From Candidatus Atelocyanobacterium thalassae (GTDB lineage: Bacteria > Cyanobacteriota > Cyanobacteriia > Cyanobacteriales > Microcystaceae), in assembly GCA_051971635.1 (NCBI GenBank), contig JBFPLN010000003.1, forward strand, positions 79,714 through 111,713: a stretch of DNA of 32,000 nt. Reading direction: 5' to 3'. Positions 9,360 to 18,624 of the stretch are shown piece after piece. Position 1 is the first letter of the stretch. The number at the start of each line of letters is the position of its first letter. Both the position numbers and the translations under genes were made by a program. The notes under the pieces are model-generated. The model made no database searches. It worked only from the letters and a program-made list of their open reading frames with translations, and had not been told where the DNA came from.

Positions 9360-10250
9360 TTAATAACTACAGTCTTTAATATTACTTAATTGTATAGTTA
9401 TTTTATCTATCTCTTTGATTAAATTTGAACCCGAAATATTAGAGTTGTTAGCCAAGACACTAAAAACTATCATGCCAAGGTAAGGATGATCTATGTAGCC
9501 GGACAAAGCTCTTACATTTCTTAGAGTTCCTGTTTTTGCATAAACATATCCCTGAGCTGAAGTACTTTTCATACGGTGGCGGAGAGTACCTATTAATCCA
9601 GCAACAGGTAAAGAAGTATAAAAATGTTCTTTGGCAGCAGTATAGTATGTAGCTCGTAAAATAGTAACTAAAGAACGAGGTGTAGCTATATTACGGCGAG
9701 ATAATCCTGAGCCGTCAATTTGACGAAAACTATTAGGAATAACGCCAAGTTTAACTAAAGTATCTTTTGCAGCTTGATGTCCGTTAATATATCGAAGTAA
9801 TGTGTCTGCATAATAATTATTGCTCTTAATATTCGTAATGTTAATCCAAGACTTTAAAGTTTTTGACCCAATTTTTGATTTAGGATTGAACAATTGCAAT
9901 GCTGCAGCAGTGGTAAAAATTTTATTGTTAGAAGCGGGAATGAAATATTTATCTGGATTATGACTATATATTATAGTTCCATCTTCTAATTTCTCTACTA
10001 ATATTCCCCAATGCTTTTGATGAGAAAAAATAATATTATTTAGTTTTTGATGGATTAAAAGTTTACAGGACTTAGTCTCAGCTTTATTAGAATTTTCTTT
10101 ATATGATTGAATGAACTTTACATTATAATCAGGCAAAGTTTGTCTCTGGGAATATTTTGGCTCACTAGCAAAGCTACTATTAGTCCAAATAAAGAAAATT
10201 ATAGCTAGAACAGCTTTTTTTGAAAACAAAAAGAAGTTAGGCGACATCAT
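9360..10250 (-). CDS. dacB: D-alanyl-D-alanine carboxypeptidase/endopeptidase of the PBP4 (peptidase S13, DacB) family, unusually short form
   Basis: 296 aa with a signal-peptide-like N-terminus (KKAVLAIIFFIWTNSSFASEP). Motifs present: SxxK at IPAS107NNK110, SxN at KS143NN145YYAD, the family motif DGSGLSRRN, LPVAGLIGTLRHR, and KTG at K239TG. Only about 36 aa separate SxxK and SxN (see findings). Confidence 0.75.
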   Translation of the reverse strand: MMSPNFFLFSKKAVLAIIFFIWTNSSFASEPKYSQRQTLPDYNVKFIQSYKENSNKAETKSCKLLIHQKLNNIIFSHQKHWGILVEKLEDGTIIYSHNPDKYFIPASNNKIFTTAAALQLFNPKSKIGSKTLKSWINITNIKSNNYYADTLLRYINGHQAAKDTLVKLGVIPNSFRQIDGSGLSRRNIATPRSLVTILRATYYTAAKEHFYTSLPVAGLIGTLRHRMKSTSAQGYVYAKTGTLRNVRALSGYIDHPYLGMIVFSVLANNSNISGSNLIKEIDKITIQLSNIKDCSY

Positions 10251-10409
10251 AACGATAATTTTTTAGTTATTCATATTAGACTTAAAATATTAGAAAAAAT
10301 TAAAAATTTTTTGTAAGTTAAAGAATACTATGATAATAATCTCTTTTTGATTCCTAATGTAAGTTAAGATTTAAAAAGTGAAACAAATATTTTAAGAATA
10401 TGATAAGTT

Positions 10410-10450
10410 GTTAAACATTTCTATAAGAGAAATGTTTAACTTTATATTTA
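10410..10450 (+). terminator. Orphan terminator-like hairpin inside the divergent dacB/tsaB intergenic region
   Basis: GTTAAACATTTCT-ataag-AGAAATGTTTAAC is a perfect 13 bp stem (10410-10422 with 10428-10440), followed by TTTATATTTAATTTC. I found no ORF of meaningful size upstream of it on the + strand. Confidence 0.4.
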
Positions 10451-10537
10451 ATTTCTAAATGATAAAAAATCTTTAGTAGAAAAAATGTAATTAATGAAAT
10501 ATTATTAAACTAACAACTATATAGTAATTTATTTCTT

Positions 10538-11182
10538 ATGATGCGATCAGATTCTTATGCTTGTGGGCTAGGATTACATACTACTAGTAGTCAGTTAGGA
10601 CTAAGTTTGAGTAGACAACACCAGGCAAAAAGTACTAGAGTCTGGAATCTTGAACGAAAATTATCAAGTCATTTACATAAGATTTTACAAGACTTTATTC
10701 AACCACAGAAATGGAAAGATATTGATTTTATTTCTGTAGCAAAAGGTCCAGGAAGTTTTACTGGTACAAGAATAGGTATTACTGCCGCTCGTACAATAGC
10801 TCAACAACTTAAGATTCCTTTATTTAGCATTTCTACGCTAGCAGCATTTGCGTGGTTTCATGCGAACAACAAATTATTTGAAGATTTCATTGCTATACAA
10901 ATGGAAGCTTCAAGAGGTCAAGTTTATGGAGCAGTCTATAAAAAAAAATCTAAAGGAAATGGTTTAATTACAGTTATTGATGATACTGTAATGGAATTGG
11001 ACAAATGGAAAAAAGTTTTAGAAGATCTGAACTTATCTTGCGAACCTCTAATTGTTACATCAGAGATAGGAGTCACAACTTGTAGCATTTTAGAACTGGC
11101 AGAATTTGAATGGGAACAAGGTAAACGTCCTCATTTCTCAGAAAGTAAACCATTTTATGGATACTCAAGTATTCCTAAATAG
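10538..11182 (+). CDS. tsaB: tRNA t6A37 threonylcarbamoyl-transfer complex dimerisation subunit TsaB (YeaZ)
   Basis: 214 aa. GLGLHTTSSQLGLSL and VAKGPGSFTGTRIGITAARTIAQQLKIPLFSISTLAAFA are the typical TsaB/YeaZ core. Confidence 0.85.
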   Translation: MMRSDSYACGLGLHTTSSQLGLSLSRQHQAKSTRVWNLERKLSSHLHKILQDFIQPQKWKDIDFISVAKGPGSFTGTRIGITAARTIAQQLKIPLFSISTLAAFAWFHANNKLFEDFIAIQMEASRGQVYGAVYKKKSKGNGLITVIDDTVMELDKWKKVLEDLNLSCEPLIVTSEIGVTTCSILELAEFEWEQGKRPHFSESKPFYGYSSIPK

Positions 11183-11317
11183 CTAAAGTTCATAAAATAC
11201 AAAATTTAGACAAAAAATAAATACTTAGTATCATTCAAAAGCTATAGATACTGGAGTCTCTAATAAGGCTAAGTTTTATGATTATGCCCTAATTTTCTAA
11301 AACATCAAACTAAAATT

Positions 11318-12328
11318 TTGATTTATTATACCTTCTATTTTATGGACAAGAACAACCTTTTACGCTTTATTCCTCCCTGCTTCAGTCTAGTAGTATTTAC
11401 TTTGTCCATATGGACTATACAGAATAATTTTCAACACTATCAAGCTGCAAATTTTTGGGATAGTCTATCTAAGATTCCTTCATCTCATATTTTTTGGGCA
11501 ATTATTTGTATGAGTGTTAATTATCTTGTAATGACAGGATATGAATGCCTTGCTCTATCTTATGTTCGTCGAACATTACCATATCGGAAAAAAATCCTAG
11601 TTGGTATTATTTGTTCTGGGATTAGTAATAGCATAGGATTTGCTGTTTTGAGTAGCTGTATGATTCGCTATAGATTTTATTCGACTTGGGGATTTTCTAT
11701 GATTACAATTGCACAAATTTCAGCATTCTGTAATCTATCCTTTTGTTTAGGATTATTTAGTATTGGTAGTATTCTTTTCTTAAAAGAGTCTTTGGCAATT
11801 CCTCATTTACTAGATATTCCTTTCCTTTCAGTTCGTCCCTTGGGAATAATCTTTTTAATTATAATTTTTGTTTATTTATTTTTTACGGTAATTCGTCAAA
11901 AACCTTTATTTATAGGAAAATGGGTTATTCCTCATCTTTCTCCTCAATTAGCAATAGGTCAAATAATTGTCTCTAGTTTAGATTGGGCTCTTGCCGCAAT
12001 GGTTTTTTATATTCTTTTACAAACTTCAGTATCTTTATCTTATCCTGCTTTTTTTGGAATTTATATGTTGGCTCAGGTAGCAGGATTAGCTAGTAATGTC
12101 CCAGGAGGACTAGGTGTTTTTGAAACAGTAATGATTTTATTACTTGCTCCATTTATTAAATCAGAAGAGTTATTAGGTACTTTATTAATTTATCGTGGAA
12201 TCTATTATTTTATTCCTTTGGGAGTAGCTATTTTACTTTTAGGTAAATACGAATTGAGTAACTTTTTTAATAATAAAAATACTAATATTTCCACTTCTTT
12301 TTTTAATAAGATAAAAAGTAAACCATAA
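11318..12328 (+). CDS. Polytopic membrane protein of the UPF0104 / lysyl-phosphatidylglycerol-synthase-TM-region family
   Basis: About 8 predicted TM helices and the conserved SNVPGGLGVFE motif near the C-terminal third. The ORF opens at TTG 11318, and the ATG at 11342 (MDKNNLLRF...) is the more likely start. The family assignment is by pattern recognition only. Confidence 0.65.
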   Translation: MIYYTFYFMDKNNLLRFIPPCFSLVVFTLSIWTIQNNFQHYQAANFWDSLSKIPSSHIFWAIICMSVNYLVMTGYECLALSYVRRTLPYRKKILVGIICSGISNSIGFAVLSSCMIRYRFYSTWGFSMITIAQISAFCNLSFCLGLFSIGSILFLKESLAIPHLLDIPFLSVRPLGIIFLIIIFVYLFFTVIRQKPLFIGKWVIPHLSPQLAIGQIIVSSLDWALAAMVFYILLQTSVSLSYPAFFGIYMLAQVAGLASNVPGGLGVFETVMILLLAPFIKSEELLGTLLIYRGIYYFIPLGVAILLLGKYELSNFFNNKNTNISTSFFNKIKSKP

Positions 12329-12488
12329 GCATTTTTCTTATATGTGCAAAAAGGAAAATATCCTTAACTATGAATAGAACTACCAGAAAACTACATACTA
12401 TAAAAAGTTTACTTTGATTTCTATCCTTAAAAAAATTAATATTTGTACTCTATTTAATAGCTTGTTTAGTACGTTAATAAATAAGATA

Positions 12489-13829
12489 CTATTTTAGTTT
12501 TAGGCCATATATCATCATATTTTCATCAGCTTCATTTAAAATATTTTCTATTACTTCACTTGGGCCTAAAATTCTCCAGCTACAGTTTTCAGCTAAATAA
12601 TTTTGAACAACTTTGCCTATTTGATAAGTGCTATGAGCAGCAATTCCACCTTGTAAAATAGCGCTACTTCCATAAATCTCTATAGCGACTGGTTTATCTA
12701 ATATATTAGTAATCATCATAACTGTTTTACTTATGCTTAATACTAGACCAGTCAAGATTTCACTAAGAAGTAATTTACCAGAACTAAAAAGGATCTGCAG
12801 CCATAATTGTTCTATATTGCGATTAGTAATTGGTAATTTATATAAATGGAGTAAATATCTGACTAAGACTAAATCAATTATTAATCCTCCAAAAACATCT
12901 AAAACAGCAAAAGGGTTAGTAATAATTATCAAAGATTTATATCTTACAAATTTATTAATAGTATATTCAGCATCCTTTGCAAGTATTTGAATAGTCTTAA
13001 GAGCAATGTTTTCTTCAGCTTGTTTTACTTGCAACAAAGCATTTATACATAAAAGATAACGTCCTTCATTATTTAAAACACTTAATATTTTATCTCTTAA
13101 ACTTTCTATTTGAGGAGCTTGAATCTCTGACTCTTCTCTAATTTTTCCATTAAGGTCTCTAACTCTTACAGGTATAGCTTTAGGACAAGCAGCTACTAAT
13201 AGTATATCTTGAATATTTATTAATAGTTTCTCCTCAGTCTTAAAATCTTTGCTAATCTCTTGTAATTGCTTATAAATACTAAGACAAGTTTTTTCTGGAT
13301 ATAAATCAATTTTATTAAATACTAAAATTACAGGCTTTAGTAATTTTCTAAGATACATTAAGGCCCTATATTCAATTTCAATAATATCTTCAGAAATTAT
13401 AAATAGTATTAGATCTGACTCTTCAGCAACTTCTTGAGATATTATTGATTTGTGAATCTCATTTATCTCGTCTAGCCCTGGAGTATCAATAAACTCTAAC
13501 ATTACCTTACTATCATTAGGAGTCCATCGGAAAGATTTAGGCCACTTTGTAGTTCCATTAACTGGTTCACTATTAAAAACATATTGGTTAACTAATGCAT
13601 TAATAATGGCAGATTTACCTCGGTTCACTAATCCGAATATAGCAACTTTAATAACATTATTATTAACTTTTTCCAGTGCTATTTTAATTACTTGTAACTC
13701 TTTCTTTATAGCTGCTTGTAATGCCAGATTTTTCGGGTAGTTAGATAAGCTACTAGTATACCGAGATAAAGAATCTTGCAGGCTAGCATGAGTTTGTTGT
13801 ATATAAAAATTTTGTTGATCCAAAACCAA
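12489..13829 (-). CDS. Uncharacterised GTP-binding protein: Era/EngA-like G domain plus a hydrophobic DUF697-like C-terminal domain
   Basis: G1 is GLVNRGKSAIINAL, G3 is DTPGLDE, and G4 is NKID. The C-terminal 150 aa is hydrophobic. There is no ATG or GTG between the upstream in-frame stop and the P-loop, so TTG at 13829 or 13823 must serve as the start. The TTG at 13829 directly abuts the lpxB TAA (13830-13832). Confidence 0.75.
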   Translation of the reverse strand: MVLDQQNFYIQQTHASLQDSLSRYTSSLSNYPKNLALQAAIKKELQVIKIALEKVNNNVIKVAIFGLVNRGKSAIINALVNQYVFNSEPVNGTTKWPKSFRWTPNDSKVMLEFIDTPGLDEINEIHKSIISQEVAEESDLILFIISEDIIEIEYRALMYLRKLLKPVILVFNKIDLYPEKTCLSIYKQLQEISKDFKTEEKLLINIQDILLVAACPKAIPVRVRDLNGKIREESEIQAPQIESLRDKILSVLNNEGRYLLCINALLQVKQAEENIALKTIQILAKDAEYTINKFVRYKSLIIITNPFAVLDVFGGLIIDLVLVRYLLHLYKLPITNRNIEQLWLQILFSSGKLLLSEILTGLVLSISKTVMMITNILDKPVAIEIYGSSAILQGGIAAHSTYQIGKVVQNYLAENCSWRILGPSEVIENILNEADENMMIYGLKLK

Positions 13830-14996
13830 TTACTTCGAAGTATTCTCGTAATGTAAAATCTCGTTAGCTACACGATCACAAACTCCTGGTTCTCCTAAAA
13901 GAAGTCGCATTTCTTTATAATTTGATAATGTTTTTTTGCGACATTCGCTGTCTAGCAATAGTTCTAAAGACTTTTCAACAATATTTTCTATAGTAGCGTC
14001 TTCCTGTAGTAATTCAGGGACTATCTCTTTCATCATAATTAAATTTGGAGGTGACATGAAAGGTATAGAAAATTTAAGAATGTTTCTAGCGATCCACATA
14101 GTTAGAGGATTAACTAAACATAAAACTAGTTGCGGAACATTTAAAAGAGCTAATTCTAAGTTTACAGTTCCTGACTTCGCAATCGCAAAGTCCGCAGCAG
14201 CCATAGCTTCCATTGCACGACCTTCTAATAATGTGATTGATAAGTCATATTCTTTAACTATTTTTTCTATAGTGTCATAATATTCTTTCAAAGAAACAGG
14301 TAATAAAAAGTGAAGTTCTGGAACTTTTTCTTGTAATTTTTGAGCAGCTTTACAAATTAAAGGTAAATGATATCTTAACTCTTGATATCTAGAAGCTGGA
14401 AATAAGGCAATAACAGGTTTATTAACTTCTAATCCTAACGATTGACGGACTAATTCCTTCGTTGAAGCCTTTTCTATCCTATCTAATAAAGGATGACCTA
14501 CCCATTTAACCTTAATACCTTTTTGTTCAAAGAATCTAGCTTCTTCTGGAAAAATTGCCAGTAAAAGATCAGTTATTTCAGCAAATTGTTCAATCGTTTT
14601 ATTATTAGGAGACCAGACCCAAGATTGAGGTGCAATATAGTAAACAATCGGTACTTGAGGTAAATGTTTTCGAACATACTTACCAAGAGAAACATTAGGC
14701 CCCATATAATCTAATAAAACCAAAATATCTGGAGGATTATCTCGTAGGTAAGCTTTTGCTCTATTTTGCATTCTCCAGGTAGGTATAATAAAAGGTAATG
14801 CTTCTACAATACCAATAGAACCTATAGCTGCTGTATTACCAAGCAAATTAGCACCTGCAGAGAGCATAGCATCACCTCCTAATGCCATAATTTCTATGGG
14901 GATGTCTTGAGATTTTGCTTGACGATAAAGAGCTTCAATTAACATTGAACCCTGTAAATCACCAGAAACTTCACCTGTACTAACAAAAATTTTCAT
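13830..14996 (-). CDS. lpxB: Lipid-A-disaccharide synthase
   Basis: 388 aa. MKIFVSTGEVSGDLQGS, YYIAPQSWVWSP and SGTVNLELALLNVPQLV are typical LpxB (GT19) motifs. It lies immediately downstream of lpxA. Confidence 0.9.
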   Translation of the reverse strand: MKIFVSTGEVSGDLQGSMLIEALYRQAKSQDIPIEIMALGGDAMLSAGANLLGNTAAIGSIGIVEALPFIIPTWRMQNRAKAYLRDNPPDILVLLDYMGPNVSLGKYVRKHLPQVPIVYYIAPQSWVWSPNNKTIEQFAEITDLLLAIFPEEARFFEQKGIKVKWVGHPLLDRIEKASTKELVRQSLGLEVNKPVIALFPASRYQELRYHLPLICKAAQKLQEKVPELHFLLPVSLKEYYDTIEKIVKEYDLSITLLEGRAMEAMAAADFAIAKSGTVNLELALLNVPQLVLCLVNPLTMWIARNILKFSIPFMSPPNLIMMKEIVPELLQEDATIENIVEKSLELLLDSECRKKTLSNYKEMRLLLGEPGVCDRVANEILHYENTSK

Positions 14997-15020
14997 TAAT
15001 TACTTTAATCTCTAACTATT

Positions 15021-15818
15021 TTAATGTTTGCCTGGAATTAATCCACGTCTTTTTTCTCCTGTAACTGATAATTGCAGAAATTGATGTAGATATTTAGTAT
15101 ATTCATTACTATTAAAAGTTTGTAGCTGCTTTAATACTTGTTGTAAAGTTAAGCCAGAATGATATAACACACGAAATGCTTGCTTAAGATGACGAATATC
15201 TCCAACAGTAAGCCCAGCACGTTTTAATCCGATTAAATTAAGTGACCTTACTCTAGAAGGATTTCCTTCAATCATCATAAAAGGAGGCGCATCACGATCA
15301 ATTCTACTCATTCCACCTAACATAGCATTACGACCAATTCTCACAAATTGATGTACTCCTAAAGCTCCACCAACAACAGCTCTAGATTCAATATGGACGT
15401 GTCCCGCAAGAGACACAGAATTAGCAATAATTATATTATCTTCCAGTAAACAGTTATGAGCAACATGCACATAAGCCATTAGCAAATTATTGTTACCGAT
15501 TTTAGTAACTTCATTGGCGTAAGTCGCACGGTTAATCGTTACAAACTCTCGAATTGTATTTCCATTACCAATTTCAACGCGGCTAGAACAATTTTTATAT
15601 TTTAAGTCTTGCGGAGCCGCACCAATAATTGCGCTAGGAAATATATGGTTATTCAATCCAATTTCTGTTGGACCTTCAATAACTGCATGAGAGCCAATAA
15701 TCGTTTGTGCACCTACTTTAACCTGATCGCCAATGACAGCATAAGGTCCCACTTCAACAGTAGGGTGTAGTTGTGCATTCTTATGAATGATAGCTGTGGA
15801 ATGAATTAGCGTATTCAA
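15021..15818 (-). CDS. lpxA: Acyl-ACP:UDP-N-acetylglucosamine O-acyltransferase
   Basis: 265 aa. IHSTAIIHKNAQL followed by hexapeptide left-handed beta-helix repeats, then a helical C-terminal domain (NLIGLKRAGLT...IRHLKQAFRVLY). It has a TTG start with a GGGAG Shine-Dalgarno about 8 nt upstream. Confidence 0.92.
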   Translation of the reverse strand: MNTLIHSTAIIHKNAQLHPTVEVGPYAVIGDQVKVGAQTIIGSHAVIEGPTEIGLNNHIFPSAIIGAAPQDLKYKNCSSRVEIGNGNTIREFVTINRATYANEVTKIGNNNLLMAYVHVAHNCLLEDNIIIANSVSLAGHVHIESRAVVGGALGVHQFVRIGRNAMLGGMSRIDRDAPPFMMIEGNPSRVRSLNLIGLKRAGLTVGDIRHLKQAFRVLYHSGLTLQQVLKQLQTFNSNEYTKYLHQFLQLSVTGEKRRGLIPGKH

Positions 15819-16025
15819 CAGGTTATCTCCCTTTAGATAGATTCATTATTGAATTTAGTTATAAAGTACACAATAAAAGTTTTCAAGGGAACAGGAAAAG
15901 AAGAATTGAGGACATTATTAATGTGACGCAAAATCTTGATTTTGGATTCTAAATTAATAAGTTTTCTAACTATAAATCAATGGAAAACATAATTATTAAT
16001 CAATAAAAATTTTTAAAGATAATTT

Positions 16026-17396
16026 ATGAAGCTTATTTGGAATTTCATTACTCTCTCTTCTTTTTCTCCCAAAATGTGGCTAAAAACAAGCTATTGTTAT
16101 CGTATTGTTGGTTTGTTGAGTAATTGGCAGCAATCTAGTTTCTTACTGCAATGGGCAGAAACTATTGGTGCTTTACTCGTTAGTCTTATCTTGACCTTCA
16201 GCCCTTTTGTTACTACAGGAGTTATCGGTATATGGCTTGTTTCAATTGCCATATATTGGATCGTATTAATTATTTCTGATAATAAGCAACTATTTATTAG
16301 CCCTATACACTTATTAGTTTTTCTATATTGGTCTGTTTCAGCAATAGCAGTTATTTATTCTCCTGTTAGAGGTGTGGCTTTTTCAGGATTTATAAAATTA
16401 ACACTATACTTAATTTTCTTTGCTTGTACATCTCGTATTTTACGCTCATCTCGTCTAACAAATTGGTTAATTATATCTATTTTAGGATCTGGATTATTAG
16501 TAGGTACCTATGGAGTAAAGCAAAGATTTCTTGAGGTCAAACAATTAGCAACATGGAACGATCCAACTTCATATTTTTCTAATTCAATTAGAGTATATAG
16601 TTATTTGGGTAATCCTAATCTATTATCTGCATATATTTTGCCTACAATTGCTTTAAGTATAGCTGCATTTTTTATTTGGCAAAGAACATTGCCTAAGTTA
16701 TTAGCATTAACTATTTTTGCGGTTAATATTTCTTGTCTTTATTTTACGGGTAGCCGCAGTGGCTGGATAGCATTAGTGATTCTATTAATAGTATTTTCAT
16801 CATTGCTGTTTACATGGTTTAAAGACAAACTTCCTGTATTTTGGCGTCAGTGGCTTCTACCTTTAACATTTGGAACCTTCATGAGCTGTGTTTTTATTCT
16901 TATTGCTTCTAATGACGTTTTACAATCAAGAATTATGAGCATTTTTATTGGGAGAGCAGACAGTAGCAATAATTTTCGTATTAACGTATGGATATCAGTA
17001 GTAAATATGATAAAAGATTATCCTTTTTTCGGTATTGGCCCAGGAAATGAAGCATTTAGCAAAGTATATCCACTTTATATGAGTCCAAAATATAGTGCTT
17101 TGAGTGCATATTCTATCTTTTTAGAAACTGCAGTAGAAATAGGATTAGTTGGATTAAGTGTTTTTGTTTGGCTCATTTTTACGATACTTAATCAAGGGAT
17201 ACAAATAATTAAACAATTTAAAAATAATAATAATTCTCATGGAATATGGTTAATTGCTTCAATATCTGCAATAGCTAGTTTATCGATACAAGGACTTTTT
17301 GATACTGTTTGGTATCGTCCACAAGTGAATACTCTATGGTGGTTCTTAATAGCTTTAATTGCGAGTCAACATGAATTATATAAAAAAGAGAACTGA
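16026..17396 (+). CDS. O-antigen ligase (Wzy_C)-like polytopic membrane protein, IctB-family-like
   Basis: 456 aa with more than 10 TM helices. It contains a YFTGSRSGWIAL block followed by a large loop (GRADSSNNFRINVW...PFFGIGPGNEAF) typical of O-antigen ligase/IctB-type proteins of cyanobacteria. The IctB label is from memory of family architecture, not a computed match. Confidence 0.65.
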   Translation: MKLIWNFITLSSFSPKMWLKTSYCYRIVGLLSNWQQSSFLLQWAETIGALLVSLILTFSPFVTTGVIGIWLVSIAIYWIVLIISDNKQLFISPIHLLVFLYWSVSAIAVIYSPVRGVAFSGFIKLTLYLIFFACTSRILRSSRLTNWLIISILGSGLLVGTYGVKQRFLEVKQLATWNDPTSYFSNSIRVYSYLGNPNLLSAYILPTIALSIAAFFIWQRTLPKLLALTIFAVNISCLYFTGSRSGWIALVILLIVFSSLLFTWFKDKLPVFWRQWLLPLTFGTFMSCVFILIASNDVLQSRIMSIFIGRADSSNNFRINVWISVVNMIKDYPFFGIGPGNEAFSKVYPLYMSPKYSALSAYSIFLETAVEIGLVGLSVFVWLIFTILNQGIQIIKQFKNNNNSHGIWLIASISAIASLSIQGLFDTVWYRPQVNTLWWFLIALIASQHELYKKEN

Positions 17397-17438
17397 TATA
17401 TATACTTAATCAAGTTTAATAAATATAGTTCTAAGTTT

Positions 17439-18107
17439 TTATGAATAATCTTTCAAATATTTACTTTTCTGAAATTCTATATCGACTTGTTCTAATTCTC
17501 CTTCATTAATTTTCCAACATTTATCAGCTACTGCTAACAACTCAGAAGGATCATGAGAAACGATTATTAAAGTCCAGTGTTTTTTTAATTTAAATACTAA
17601 ATTAATTAATTGTTTATGCATTGACCAATCTAATCCTGCTGTTGGTTCATCTAGTAACAATAAATTAGGCTGACGAATTAGTTGAACTGCTAGAGCTAAC
17701 CTTCTTTGCTGTCCACCACTAATATTATGTGGAGAAGTACTTAATACAATATTTTGTAATCCTACTTCTTCTAGAGCAATTTCGACTTCTTCTCTAGTAA
17801 TTTCTAAATGACCTAATCTTAGTTCTTCTAAAATATTACTGCCGCAAAAATGCCGTTCAGGAAATTGAAAAACTAACCCTGAAAGCTGTTGTAACTCAGA
17901 AGAGGTTATCTCTTGACCACTCCAACAAATTTTTCCTTGAGTCTGTTCTGCTAAGCCTGCAAGAATTTCTAATAGTGTAGTCTTTCCAGAGCCGCTAGGA
18001 CCAATAATAACTCCTAGTTGTTGAAATCCTAATTCTAATGTAATAGATTTCAAAATAGGTTCAGCAGAAGCAGGAGGATGATATACGATCTCTTTGAGAT
18101 TAAGCAT
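17439..18107 (-). CDS. ABC transporter ATP-binding protein (CbiO/EcfA-like), solitary
   Basis: Walker A GPSGSGKTTLL, Q-loop, signature ISGGQQRRLALA, Walker B LLLLDEPTAGLD, and H-loop VSHD. The listed ORF extends to 18152. ATG at 18107 (MLNLKEIVYHPP...) gives the usual N-terminus. No permease or S-component gene is adjacent. Confidence 0.85.
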   Translation of the reverse strand: MLNLKEIVYHPPASAEPILKSITLELGFQQLGVIIGPSGSGKTTLLEILAGLAEQTQGKICWSGQEITSSELQQLSGLVFQFPERHFCGSNILEELRLGHLEITREEVEIALEEVGLQNIVLSTSPHNISGGQQRRLALAVQLIRQPNLLLLDEPTAGLDWSMHKQLINLVFKLKKHWTLIIVSHDPSELLAVADKCWKINEGELEQVDIEFQKSKYLKDYS

Positions 18108-18283
18108 TAGTATTATGTTTTGATAGCAATTAGATGTAAAAAACAATGGCATATTTACATATCATAAGATAGTAATTTAGGAGAATTATATGTGCCCTTT
18201 AACCCTATAGAGAAATGAAACTAGTTTTCAGTATTCTCAACTAATGTTAATATAATTACTTTAAGTTAACTATATTAAATTTA

Positions 18284-18529
18284 ATGTCTGAAGAAGCCTT
18301 TTTTGAAAGTCCAGCTATTAGCCAAGAAGCACGATACGAACCAGCCACCGTTATTCCTATTAAGCGAGATTCCTCTATTATTAATTGGTTAGAAGCAACA
18401 AACCGTCTAATTTATCGTGAGCAAGAAGAAATTAAAACAACTCCAGAAGAAGACGCGGAAATTTCTGACTTAATAGATGTCGATGAAAGTTACGATGACG
18501 AGGATTTAAATTTAAATAGTAATGACTAG
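18284..18529 (+). CDS. Small acidic conserved hypothetical protein (resembles the cyanobacterial/plastid-lineage DUF3134-type proteins)
   Basis: 81 aa. ARYEPATVIPIKRDSSIINWLEATNRLIYRE is followed by a strongly acidic tail (DAEISDLIDVDESYDDEDLNLN). The family name is recalled, not computed. Confidence 0.55.
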   Translation: MSEEAFFESPAISQEARYEPATVIPIKRDSSIINWLEATNRLIYREQEEIKTTPEEDAEISDLIDVDESYDDEDLNLNSND

Positions 18530-18624
18530 TATATAAAAAATAGTGTATAAAGACAGACAAAAAATATTTGTTTTCTCCGCTTGTCATAATCTATGTTTAA
18601 GCTTAAAAAATTAAATTTTTGGTT

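Noticed and set aside
10940-10948. An A9 homopolymer lies inside tsaB, a potential slippage or frameshift site as in other reduced genomes.
   Set aside because: The reading frame is intact across it (YKKKSK) and the downstream protein aligns with the TsaB pattern. There is no evidence of a frameshift.
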